The translations under genes were made by a program, and so were the position numbers. The notes under the pieces were generated by a model that did no database searches, was not told where the DNA came from, and was given only the letters and a program-made list of their open reading frames with translations. This document shows, one piece after another, positions 26,071 to 37,976 of a stretch of DNA of 64,000 nt; position 1 is the first letter of the stretch, and each line of letters begins with the position of its first letter. The stretch covers positions 496,001 to 560,000 of the forward strand of contig MU058287.1 of the NCBI GenBank assembly GCA_013265495.1. Reading direction: 5' to 3'. This DNA is from Vicugna vicugna. Taxonomy: Eukaryota.

Positions 26071-26431
26071 ATAAAAAAAAACTTATGATTACCAAAGGGG
26101 AAAGGAGAGGAGGAGGGATAAATTAGGAGTGTGGGATTAATAGATACACCATTATATATAACATAGATAAACAACAATGATTTACTGTATAGCACATGGA
26201 ACTATATTCAATATTTTGTAATAATTTATAGTGGAAAGAATCTGAAGCTGTACACCTGAAACTAACACAATATTGTAAGCCAACTGTAGTTTAATACTAA
26301 AAAAAGGAACTAATGAAAATGACCGTATTCTTCAAACATCAGTTAGATGTATACACACGGCTTTAGATCTTGTTATAAAACTACCATCACTGATTTTTTT
26401 TCATGGTTATTAAAAAGTAAAATGTCCCTCA
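26071..26431 (+). mobile_element. L1 3' stub with probable 3' transduction
   Basis: L1 at 26071-26305, then 125 bp of non-L1 sequence with ATTAAA (26409-26414). Perfect TSD aaaagaaattattc at 26057-26070 and 26432-26445. Confidence 0.8.
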
Positions 26432-26544
26432 AAAAGAAATTATTCTTTGAAATTAAAGTTGAGAGTTTAACAAAATAAGATTTCATGAGAACTTGGGCCA
26501 TACATTGAGCCTTGACACCCCTGACAGATACTGTGGAAGGTGGA

Positions 26545-26760
26545 GATTACAGAGATGCTGCAACAGAAGAGACCAGAGTTCGAATCCAGATCTACTATCT
26601 GTGCAGCCTGAGGCAAGTTTCTTAACCTCTCTGCACCTTCATTTTTTTTTCGCTTATAAAATGGTAATAATAATAGTACCAAACTCAGTCTTCTTGTTAG
26701 GTTAATTGAGAAAATGCGTAAGAAAGAATTAGGCCACAATGCCTGATAAATGATCACTGC
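26545..26760 (+). mobile_element. MIR SINE
   Basis: 'gttcgaatccag...ggcaagtttcttaacctctctgcacc...tataaaatgg...aataatagtacc'. Confidence 0.8.
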
Positions 26761-27538
26761 TCAAAAAAGGGGAGCGGCTGTTGTAATCAGTAAGACCCGG
26801 ACTCAGACACAGGTGTCAGCTCTGGGTTACAGGACTGGAAGGGAAAGAAGGAAGCCAATCAGTGGTGTCCCTAAGTCAGAATCATCTGGGGAGAGGCCTC
26901 CTTGCGACCTGAGATGCAAAGTGTTTGATGAATTGCTTTTCACAGCAATCCCTGGAGCCTCCCCGGACACTTCTTTGCAGGGTCAGGCCAGCGCCTCGCT
27001 TCCTCTCGGAGGTCTGCTTTCACACGTGCGTCGGGCTGCAGTTCTGGGGCACAGGCTCACTTGACTACACCCGAGATATCCCACTTAGATGGCAGAATCT
27101 GCATCTGAGGGCATCCCCAGGTGTATAGGTTTTATTAGAAAAACTAAATATACCTTACGATTGGTAGACCATCTCCCTGTGACTTTGTCATGTTTGTTTT
27201 TCCTTCTTTCACTGAGATGGGCTGGTTGGTGGTTCATTGTAGCTTTGTAGCCCCTAGTGCGTTCACTCTTGAGATTCATCATTGAGTAAGTAAGTCCCAC
27301 CAATGCGTACCGCTGGGTCCCTGTTGACCTTTATTCTTTCTTTTTCGTTGTCGCTGTAAGAGAAATACACTCCTAGGCTTTCGTTTTTGTGACTGAAGGG
27401 GGATTTTCTCTGTTCAGGGTCACCTCCCTGGGGACGCACTTGGAAACCTGTCTTCTTCATACTATAGTAGCAATTACGCAACAGACATTAAGTGCCCGAA
27501 ACATTCAAGAAAAAAAAATGTACTAAATGCCCATTTTT

Positions 27539-27908
27539 TTTTAATTGAAGTATAGTCAGTTTACAATGTTGTGTCAGTTTCTGGTGTACAGCACAATTCT
27601 TCAGGCATACATGAATACACATATATTCATTTTCATATGATTTTTCACCATAAGCTACTACAAGATATTGAATATAGTTCCCTGTGCTATACAGTATAAA
27701 CTTGTGCATTGATTTTGTGTAGAGCAGTCAGTATCTGAAAATCTCCCACTCCCAATTTATCCCTTCCTACCCCCTCCCCCCAGCAACCATAAGTTTGTTT
27801 TCTATGTCTGTGAGTCTGTTTCTGTTTTATATATAAGTTCATTTGTCTTTTTTTTTTTTAGATTCCATGTATGAGTGATATCATATGGTATTTTTCTTTT
27901 TCCTTCTG
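27539..27908 (-). mobile_element. Short L1 3' UTR stub
   Basis: L1 3' UTR motifs. 15-bp TSD taaatgcccattttt at 27524-27538 and 27909-27923. Confidence 0.95.
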
Positions 27909-28829
27909 TAAATGCCCATTTTTAAAAATCAGCTTTTCCCAAAATGTGGTCAGATGAGCACTAAATCTATTGGGAGTCAAAAGAGCTATATCACAAAGAG
28001 CAGGGGTTGGGGGAGGCCCAGGGAAATAAGTTTGGGGACCTCTTGGTAGATCATGTTAAGAGGTAAGGGTTCATGAAAGAAAGGGAGTTCACACCTATGA
28101 TCTCTCCTCTGAGAAAGGAGGACAGGGGTCTGCTGAGATTTCAGGGGAGCGGTTGGAAGGGGAGTGAATGGGAGAAAAGGTTAGGAAGAGGAGCTGAGGA
28201 GACTTAGCAAGGGAACTGGGCAAGGATATGTCAAGGACTGTGAAGGGCTTAGAAGGCAAGGCTGAGATCTTGGTTACCTCAGATTTACTGTGGTGCCAAT
28301 TATCTCTTTCGTATCTAAGATTTTGCACAGGGATGCCCGGCTTGTGAGTAAAATCAGGACTTTAACGGAGATCATCTGATACCTTATTCCTGTGCTTGAG
28401 AATAATCGAGTGCTACCCTTTGCGTCTGTGTAATCTAGAAAAAAATATAATCATAAACACAAAGAACTTTACCTACAATGAATGTAAAATGAATTAAGTA
28501 AAATGTTAGTATGGACAAACAGTAGTTATATTTTGTACAATGATCAGTGCAAGCAGAGTCCTGGAAGTTTCATGTGCTTCTAGGTTGTTGGGGAAAGTTT
28601 CATAGACAAGGTGAGAATGATGTAATTCCTTGAATGAAGGAAGGAAGGTGGTGTAATGATTGAATAGAAGAGTAAACGTGTCTGAGAGTTCAGTGACCAG
28701 CAGAGAGAACATATACAGATTTCATCCATGGTAACAGCAGCAGGACATCAAAAAACAACCAAAAACCCCCCAAAAACGCAGAGAATTAGGAAGAGCAAAC
28801 AGGACTTGCATGGAAGGAGTCTGTGCTGC

Positions 28830-29640
28830 AGATGGCTGGCAAGCCGTGTGCTACAGTAATCTAAATCGGAGAAAATTAACATATTCTCTCAGTACATGTA
28901 TATCTACTAATTTAGAAATTACATATGTGGACTACTATGACAATATGTAATTATGTAGCATAAAAACAAAACACTTTAAAGGCCAAGATCAAGGTGAAAT
29001 AAGCAATATTTCAAAAACAATTAAAGTTTAATATATTAAAAAGATAAAATTCCTAAGGACAGAAATTGTTAGTTCTTAATGGAGGCAATGACTGAGTATG
29101 CATCATTATTTTTTTAAATCTTGGTTTAATGTTTCAAGAAATACCAAGTCCATTGTTTGATTCTCATTGAGTTTATTGTGATACCTGGTTTTAATGGCAA
29201 TCAGGGTTGAAAAAGATCTCTCTTTTAAGAAGTGCATCAGTGACCAAACTTGCTAAATCGTAATTCAATCCCGTCAACCTTTCATGGAAAACTCTTGGTT
29301 GAAATTCATCTAGTAAATAGCTTCTCCCCTATTGTCATTGGTTATTCTTGAAAACTAGCCAATATGTGTTGCATCTTTGTATTTCTGCAAAGTTGAAAAT
29401 CCACCAAAATTCTTCATTTGGAAGCTTCTAAAACCAGATTAAGAATTCAGTTTCCTAATTTGTGTCAACTTTATGATATGGGACTATTTACTATATGTTT
29501 CGCGTCTGACATATAGAAAAGCAAAGGTGCCAAGAAAACCTGTAATTAAATATTATTATAGCTTAATAATTTATCTTTTATACAAAAAGAAATGCTAATA
29601 GAAATTCTAGTAATTTCTTCCCTCAGAACAGTGGATCTCC
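28830..29640 (-). mobile_element. hAT (Charlie-like) transposon fossil with residual transposase C-terminal motif
   Basis: Minus strand ~29227 to 29166 translates to KERSFSTLIAIKTRYHNKLN, resembling the hAT dimerisation motif (E-x-x-FS-x-L-x-x-IKT-x-x-RN-x-L). Boundaries are approximate. Confidence 0.6.
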
Positions 29641-29899
29641 GTACCTCGTTTTTATGCAATTCAGTCAATTTTAGAGACTTGATCTAAGTAACCAAATCAT
29701 TTCTATCATTTTAGTGTTTTTTTCTTGATTTTTAAAAAAACATATGTAACTATAAATTTGTCTACCAATTTAAAATCTAAAACTATTTATTGTTTATAAA
29801 TCTAAAGTTATTCAGTATTTCTCTTTTCCTTTCACACTCTAAGTTCTCATTAAACATCTCCCTCTATTTTGTTATGGTTATCCAGTTTGACCTCTTTGC

Positions 29900-31130
29900 A
29901 AATGTTTCTGTGAATTATAAAATTGTTATTTCATAATCAGTAGTTACTTAAATGTAAATAATTACATTATCAATAGTTAAATATACCAATACCCCTTATC
30001 AGCTTCTTGCTCATCATTGTTTTTTATCCTGTGCCTTCTCTCTGGGTCTGCTTTTCATCCTACTAAGTTGCATCCTTTAGTGCTGTTTCATCTCTGTATC
30101 TGTATCTACAAAAGTGTCAGAGTCTTACTCACGAACGGTAGTACAGCTGGATATACAATTCAAGGTCCACATCGTTTTCTTTCAGCCTCTTGTCTTCTGG
30201 CATCTGTGATTCTGATGAGGAGTCTGTGTTGGTCTAAGTGTCTTGACTCTCTTTCATTTCCAAAATTTCCTGGAAGTTATTTCCATATCCATCTGGTCTG
30301 GCCTCATAGCCCCTTGTTTTCTTTCTCTGTTTGTTTTGGTAGATGTCATGCCTTCACTTACCTCTGATAACCATAGTTATTAAAAAAATCTGTGAGACTT
30401 CTATAACATTGATATCATCAAGATTTGAAGTCATCTTTGTTGGTTATTTTATTTACTTGTTTTTAAAAATATTAGCAATCTTAAATTTGGAACTCAGCTT
30501 GTTTGTTATTTTGAGTAGAAGGTCTTCGTCTGCTTCGTTGGTTTTGATTTTGATTCTCTTCCTCTCTAATAGTTTTACGGTTTGAGGTTGGCTCCACCTT
30601 GTCACTCTGGTCCTCCAGTTTAGAATCAGGTCTTCTAATGACTTCTGGGGGCTCCTGCTCTATTTTGAGGGGATATTGAGGAAGTCAGCATGAAGCTTGT
30701 TTTGTTCTTGGTTGTAAGGATTTAATCTTCCCCTGCCCATCTTGGCTTTAGAAAGTCTTGGCTTCTGGAAAGAAGTCATGGCCATATTTTTTCAACTTCC
30801 TTTCTTGAGTCAGGGAGCCCTATTCAAGCAGAGCCCGACTCTGACTCCTCCTTTCTCAAGTGGAGCTCTTTTAAGTCCATCACCACAGTGGAGCCAAACA
30901 CCTGTCCTCCAGCCTCTGTTTTGGGCTCTTGAACAACAGCAGGGCTTAGCAGAATCTCATTCAGTACTTAGAGTTTTCCACTCCTTTCTAATTCATGGAA
31001 ATGGTTATCTAGCTTTTCAAGCCCAACTGTGACTTACCTAATTAATATTGTATCTATGATTGCTAGGTGTTTGGAGCAGAAGTGTGGTGTTCAAGCATGG
31101 ACACACCAAACCACCTTGACCAAAAGTCCA
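29900..31130 (-). mobile_element. Very old L1M fragments
   Basis: T-rich degenerate L1-like sequence ('gctggatatacaattc...tgtcttctggcatctgtgattctgatgaggagtctg'). Confidence 0.5.
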
Positions 31131-32097
31131 GACATGATTGTCTGATGACTATAGCTTCATCAAGGTCTAGATGCGAGGTGAAGTTCTGAGTATCCTGAAA
31201 AGTTTCATGGCCTATGCATTAAGATGTTATCCAAGTCTGTGTGAATAGAAGTCATGATCTAAGGACTATGTATAAAGAAAGAGAAGCAAATGTTAACAAG
31301 TAATTCTTCAGGAGGCCCCTCCCCACCTCCTCCACCTTACAATAGAAGAGAAATCTCAAAAGGCGATTGGTTAGGAATAATCAAAAACATAGGTATGACA
31401 AGTATGTATTGTCCTAAAATCCAGATATATAATATTAGATAAATGTCTAATGTTTTTCTGCCAAAATCTTCCTGTAAATACTGTCTGTTACAGAATTTTG
31501 TCCTGTGAACTTTTTTTGTTTGTTTTAAATGTTTAGGGTTTGGGTTTAGTTCTTAGGAGAGTTACAAATCCAAGCACTTTACTCATCGAAACTATCTGTA
31601 TCCCGCAGCTGTTCTTGTACAAGCATTGGCCAAAATCTTTCCAGAACAGATTTCCAGTAGAGACTGGGAACAAGCCTGACTACTTCCTAATTGATAGTCA
31701 ATATTTCAGCACCTCTTTATTTCTCTGGATGAATCTAGAAGAAGTGACAGACTGATCAGGGTGTCCAGGAGATCTTGTGGGCCAAGCAATATAACAGCAT
31801 GGTCGATTCATTCTCTAATCCTTCCATTCTAAGGAACAGAGTCTAACTTTGTAGAGCAGGTTCCCAATTGGCCCCCTGAAAGCCAGACCATGATATTTGT
31901 ACCTATGGTTCTGGAGTTGCTCCACCTTGTGGAAAAGCACTTCTGCCTCTTGTTCTCCGCAACATCCATTTGAACTGCTCTTGGCCCACCTGGGCTTGAA
32001 TTCCAGTCAGAACAGATAGAGCATGACTGTCACCATTTTTTGTGTCCCTAACATACGAAAGCATCTCCCAGGAAAATTGAGAAATAATGTGGAACAA

Positions 32098-32630
32098 TGT
32101 AGAAACTTCCAGTTATAAGATAAGTAAGCCCTGGAAGGTAAAGTACAACATGGTGACTATAGTTATAATGGTGTATTTGAAAGCTGTAAGAGAGGGGGGA
32201 GACATAAATTAGGAGTTTGGGATTAAGATGCACACTACTGTATATAAAATAGATAAACAACAAGGACCTACTGTTTAACACAGGGAACCATAGTCACTAT
32301 CTTATAATAATCTATAATGGAAAAGAATCTGAAAAATAATACATATATGCACATGTATAACTGAATCATTTTGCTGTATACCTGAAAATACCACAGCATT
32401 ATAAACCAACTATTCTTCAATTTTTTAAAAAGAGGGGAAAAAAGAAAGTTGTAAGAGAGTAGATCACAAATTCTCACAAGGAAAAACATTTTTTTCTTTC
32501 ATGTCTATGTGAGATGATAGATGTTAATTAAATTTCTTGTGGTAATCCTTTCAAAATATATGTAGGTCAAGTCATTATGCTGTACATCTTAAACTTGCAC
32601 AGTGATATGTCAATTGTATCTCAATAAAAC
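32098..32630 (+). mobile_element. L1MA-like 3' UTR interrupted by a younger L1 stub (32195-32443)
   Basis: 'aaacttccagttataagataagtaag...tgtcaattgtatctcaataaaactgg'. The inner stub is flanked by TSD gaaag(c/t)tgtaagagag at 32179-32194 and 32444-32459. Confidence 0.9.
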
Positions 32631-33600
32631 TGGAGAGGGGAGAAATAATGTGAAATAAACAGAAATTTTCTAGGAAGCCAAAATGTTCTCTTCTTCTTTG
32701 AACGTGAGAGGGAGAGTTGCTAATGGAGTTTTTTGGAGAAAGATGAGATAATGGCCAGGTTATCAGCAGGTGCTTGGCGACACATTTGAAGGTGCTGGAC
32801 GCCACTGACAGCCTTGCCGTTGCTGCCTTAGCTGGCCAGGCCTGGAGTCACAACACCTTACAGCCAACTTCAGGCATGCCGTTCTTCAGAAGACCTGGCT
32901 GGTGACAGGGTTGGCCTTTGTCCTGCAGGTGGGCTAGCACTTTGGGTATGCTGGTACAAGTCTTCCAAATCACCCCTGCCCTCTAGCAAATTAGTCTGAT
33001 TCTAGCAAAGCTGTGGAGTATACATACGAGAAGGTTAATAAAAGTGGGCACCAAGTCTGTTTTAGAGCATGATGTAGAGCATCAGGCTTACTGATGCTGT
33101 GCTTTTCTATCCAGCATCTCTGGGACAAGTAGAAGGGGCCCGGTGACGTTTGTATTCAGGCATTCCCCAGCTAGACCATGTGATCTGTGAGCCTGAATTA
33201 AACCAAGGGAAGAAGTGGATTCTCCCTGGAGCTTGTGGAAGAAGTTCCACTGCTTGTGCTTTTCTGTTGTTATGTTGGTTTCTTCTGAGCTGGGCAGGAG
33301 CACAGGAGGGACACTGGTGGTGCTGGCGGCAAGGGGGAAAGATGTGAGCAGATGTCCTGGGCAATGGATGCAGTTTTTAAATGGTCTCATTTTTAGTAGA
33401 CACTCAACATTGGTTTCATGATTTCTCAACATCTTTCTGTATTGCCTGTCCCTTGTTTATTTCTTACAACAGCAGTAGTTAGAGTGGTTCCGGTACTTCG
33501 CAGGTGCGGGGGCTGATGGTGAGTTCCTAAGTGAGGAAGATGATCCTGTGGTAAAGCAGTAGAAAGCATTATATCTACCATTTTAAATGGCAAAAATGTA

Positions 33601-33933
33601 CAGAAGGACCAGAGTCCCTCATCCGAAACTCTTGAAATCAGGTGTGTTTCCAAATTCAGAATTAACATTTTTAAAAGGTGCCATAATGCATATACTGTAT
33701 GTTGTACACCATCCACAGTGGGGGCTAGACAGATCCTCATACCTGTAACATTCAAATTTCTGAAGCAAAACATGTCATTCACTCTGAGATGAGTGAAGAT
33801 TTTAAATGGCCTGGCGTCACTTCAAGTCAGATTGTGACAACAAATGCATTTTGGAGCCAAATGTAAACCAAAAAAATTAAGATTTTCTGAACTTTCTGGA
33901 TTTTATCATTGTGTATAGGAGATTATGGATCTT
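33601..33933. mobile_element. MER46C-like TcMar-Tigger element
   Basis: Degenerate TIRs ('tacag..gacc..agtccctcatccgaa' / 'ataggagattatggatctta'), TA flanks, and 'tgtgtttccaaattcagaat'. Confidence 0.6.
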
Positions 33934-34248
33934 ATATAAATCATATCATGAGTTAAGCAGCGTTTAATGGTCAGTCCCTAAAACCTAGTCAGTGTTTACG
34001 AGAAAAAGTGTTTTTCAAATAACCAACAAAACAAACTTTTGGAACACAATCCATTTGTCATTTGGGGACTGATCGTATTAATAAAAATAATTGAGAGTCA
34101 CATTTTGAACTGTTTGCAAAGGTAAAATGAATTCATACACATTCATCAGTGTGTACTGCCAAGAGATGACACTCTTTAGCTGCTCCTTACCAAAATCTGA
34201 CTTCACCATATATCTTCTCTTTTAGCTTTTGTATTTCCCTAACTACTC

Positions 34249-34345
34249 TTTTTTTTTAATTTAAAAATTTTTAATGTTTCATTGACGTATATTTGATTTA
34301 CAAAGTTAGTTTCAGGTGTACAGCAAAGAAATTCAGTCATACCTC
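34249..34345 (-). mobile_element. Very short L1 3' tip
   Basis: T run followed by 'attgacgtatatttgatttacaaagttagtttcaggtgtacagcaaag'. Confidence 0.75.
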
Positions 34346-35854
34346 CTCTTCTTTTTTTTTAATGAGTAGTGTGCCCTAGATTTTTTTAATGCTGACACTC
34401 ATTCTGAGTAGTTGGCAGTCTTAATCAGGGCAAGTAGATGAGTTATGGAAGGCACGGTGATTTCAGTCTTACGGGATCAAAGCAATTTTCAAAAACCTAT
34501 GAAGAATGTTTTTCTGAAATTAATAGAATGATATATCCTCAAATTTGTGTGACAGAATTAAAATAATGGGGATAGACTTCAGTGCTAAATCACTGAGAAA
34601 TGCAACTTTACTTCGAGGAAAATGTTTCTGTTATATCATTGATGAGGTATTTTGCTTAAACAATACTGGACCCTCAAATCTATAGGAAAATTTGGTGACA
34701 TTAAAAACAAAAATAGTTAGAAGCTGTTGAAATGGAAGAGTAGATTATAAATAATTCGCAAGTTGTTTGTCACTAGGAGTTCCAGGGGCATAAAGAAATA
34801 CTAAATAAATGAACTGCTATTTAAAATATAACAATGCTGGGGCTGCGATAACTCTACAACTGCTTTTTAAAATTTTGTCAAAATGAAAAACCTGTAGCGC
34901 CTTCCTGTACTATGGATTCATTGCGTCATAGGTCAGATGAGGCCATTGTACATTTTTTTTTCTGTATTTGAGAAAATGCAGTAAACAGTTGTGCTGTCCC
35001 CAGATTCTCGTGTCCTGACAGCCTCAGGGCGGGCCCACGCCAGCTGCAGCACCCTGCCCATCCTTTTGCCCTGACCCCGGAAGCAGATGTAGGTGTCTTT
35101 GAGGATCATCTCTGCAGAGTCAAATTTTTAAAAAGGAGTGGAATGGGCTTTCTTGTGTTAGAAAATGCATTTTTCTTGATCCTCAGATTTCTGTTACTTA
35201 GATGGCTACAGATGGTAACATCCTGTGACAGTTACTTCTTGTGTTGTTAGTGACATTTAGTGAAATTCCTTTGAATTGCTCTGTTATCACAGGTGGGCAG
35301 AAATTCTGATCAGAAGATAGGAATGCTAGTCATGATGAAAACATAAGCAATACGGAGAGATAATACTCAGATTGTTAGCATTCATTTAGACCAGAAATAT
35401 TAAAGGTAGCTTTTGTTTTAAAATGTTTGACCTGCTATTCCTTGCTCACTCCCAGCAACAACAATATCCAAATAAGAAAAACTTTAAAATTCTAAATTGA
35501 AAAGTTGCCCAGTCATTCAATAATGTCAGTGACAAAGGCTGGACCACGTTTAGATTAGTCCCCACAAAGGGGATAATTTATCTTATTTTTTAAATTTCTT
35601 TTTACCTTTTAGTTATCTGTGCCTCTTCCTGCTCGTGTTTGCTCTGGCATCTTTTGGAAAAGCTCTGTGTTCTGCATAGCATGTGCACTGCTTTTCTGAA
35701 ATGTGCAATACACTCAACATTGCAGTGATTTTTTTTTTCTCCTTTGCTTGGAACAGAGGTGAAAACCCCAGTGGATTCAAGTATCCACTTGATAGGCTCA
35801 GTCTCTCTTAATCAGCCTGTAATGGAGCTAATGGCTGTTTGTCATCCTTGGAGA

Positions 35855-35860
35855 TATAAA
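35855..35860 (+). promoter_or_regulatory. TATA box of the putative PHACTR2 alternative promoter
   Basis: TATAAA about 160 nt upstream of the ATG, with an Inr-like 'cagacagt' about 25-30 nt downstream, in a repeat-poor block. Confidence 0.55.
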
Positions 35861-35882
35861 TTTCCTGGCGGTGTCTCCTGCA

Positions 35883-36031
35883 GACAGTGCATGAAGTATG
35901 CTCTGTGTGCCAGCGAGGACTGATAATCAGCAGAAAGGCAGGGTGCTTCGTTAGCCAAGAGAAGAGCGGGGGCTTCCCAGCTGCCAGGCTCCAGAACTCG
36001 CCTCGCCACTCCTGAGACATGGACAATGCCG
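35883..36031 (+). other. PHACTR2: Putative alternative first exon (5' UTR plus 13 coding nt) of phosphatase and actin regulator 2
   Basis: Runs from the inferred TSS to the donor G|GTAGGT (36032-36037). The 5' boundary is inferred from TATA spacing only. Confidence 0.65.
36019..36031 (+). CDS. PHACTR2: First coding segment M-D-N-A-(V) of PHACTR2, followed by a phase-1 intron
   Basis: gacATGG has a strong Kozak context (G at -3 and +4). ATG GAC AAT GCC G is followed by a consensus GTAGGT donor. It matches the recalled PHACTR2 N-terminus MDNAVDG..., where the next codon begins with G. Only 13 nt and identified from memory; no other exon seen in the window. Confidence 0.78.
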
Positions 36032-37166
36032 GTAGGTGAAGCAAGCATGTCATTCTTCCCAGCCTCCGGGCTCATTTGCAGTTTGCATCCTTTGCTGCAG
36101 AAGGTTTGCCTATTTGTTGGTCTTACTCTGTACTTAAACGTTCAAGACCGGGAGATATGTAACGTGTTAACCCTGCTGCATTGTTCACAAGGCAATCAGT
36201 GTTTGCTTTGAAGTTCGGAAATTGGGAATGCAGATTGTAATTCCACATTCCTCTTTTGGAAGACTGCTTTTTTCGGCTGCAGGATGTGTGCTGTTTGATC
36301 CCTTTGTGTTCAGAACAGTGGGTGAGAATGCATATAGTTATTGATAAAACTATTACTAAGGGATGGGGGGCAAAAGGTAGATGGTGTTAATGAGCTGAAA
36401 AAAAATTTTTTTTTCCAACGTTGCAATATGCAGAGAGTAATAGCAGAAGAATTCTCACGTCTGGTGCTTAGTCTTCATGCTAGAATGCAATGTGGGAAAT
36501 GTCTCAATGTCCTCCAATATTTTAATTTCAGAGCACAGGCATTAGTGGCCAATCACGTATACCTTTGAAAAATGTATTTGTTTTTAATCTCTTCACTTGA
36601 CAGCTAGACATACATGCTATGGAAGTGTTCTAATGTCAATCAAATGATGAGCATAAAATTACTTCTCATGCAGAACTTTTTCTTCCTTCTTTGCTATATT
36701 GAACTTTTAGAATATTCCCACTATGGAATTACTCCCCACTTCTGTGTTATTGACACTAACCACAGAATTCTCCCAAATGTGTTATGGATTCTTTGCCTCT
36801 TGAAACGCATTAGTTCACTTCCTCAGCTGGCATCAGTTTTCAGTGATGCCCTGCAGTGCTGAGACACGGTCAGCTTTGTGAAGAGGATACATCATTTAAA
36901 ACACATCCTATACGAGGAGACCACCCATTTTTCGTAAAACATATTTATTTGTGAAATGCAGCTGTTTCAGTCCTTGGGGCAGGTAGGGCAGGCAAGCAGA
37001 GATTTTGAAGTTATTTTGAGTTCTTTTGCGAAATCACTTACCAGGAGTAAAACTCTGTGACTAAAATAATTTTGTATTCGACACTGATGTCATTGAAATA
37101 AATTGGAACGGTATAATATTTGGGATGAACATTGAGGATTGTGAAAGAAACAAAACAAGTCTTAGG

Positions 37167-37167
<1 letters not shown>

Positions 37168-37204
<37 letters not shown>
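37168..37204. repeat. (TG)~18 microsatellite
   Basis: Directly visible, uninterrupted. Confidence 0.97.
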
Positions 37205-37206
<2 letters not shown>

Positions 37207-37949
37207 TAGGAGGAAGAGAAAGAGGCTGGATTGATGCATATGCATTATAGCCCCATCTTGATCATTAAAAAAATATGCCATAGGGCTTGTCATAAAAGCA
37301 CGCAGGTATGATATTCCATGACAAGGCACAATTTCGAGATCGACCAAAAGCTTCTCTAATTACAGCAGTAGAGTGAGTAAAAAATAAATAAATAAACTGG
37401 AATCCCTAATTTAGCCTCATTTAAAACTTCTGCCACCCACAATTAATTATACTGACAGCCTGGCAGAATTATCACTTTAATTCAAGTAAATGCCTCTCTT
37501 GACTGACTCATATATTTATTTAAAGGCCATTTAAGAAAAAGGAGAGAAACTACTGTAACAGCCTTTTTGTATTTTTGTAGGTTTTCAAAAAATGCTAAGG
37601 GTTATGATTTTCTTTTTGGTTAACTGTAGCTTAGGGGGTAAGTGCTTTCATAATTTTACTTATATTTGTTTATGCTTTTAAATGCCATTAATAAAATACC
37701 TCTGCTCTGGACATGTTTAAGAACATTTCTGCACTGCATCAAGTGGCTTTTAAAGCAACAATTTCTATATCATTTCAAATTTTAGGTGGGATCCCAAATA
37801 TAGGTATGTAAACCTATGAGGGAATAATGAGCTTTTAAATGACATTTTTTTAATATGTCAGAAATAAGATCTTTCTTATAGTGGTTAATTGGCTGTCAGT
37901 GATCACTTTTTATGGTAATGTTTGATGAATAGCAGGGCAATGTAAACAC

Positions 37950-37976
37950 CACACACACACACACACACACACACAC
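37950..37976. repeat. (CA)~13 microsatellite
   Basis: Directly visible. Confidence 0.95.

Noticed and set aside
36026..36211. 61-aa ORF starting next to the PHACTR2-like ATG
   Set aside because: It is out of frame with the strong-Kozak ATG at 36019, runs through the splice donor into the intron, and has no protein-like features.
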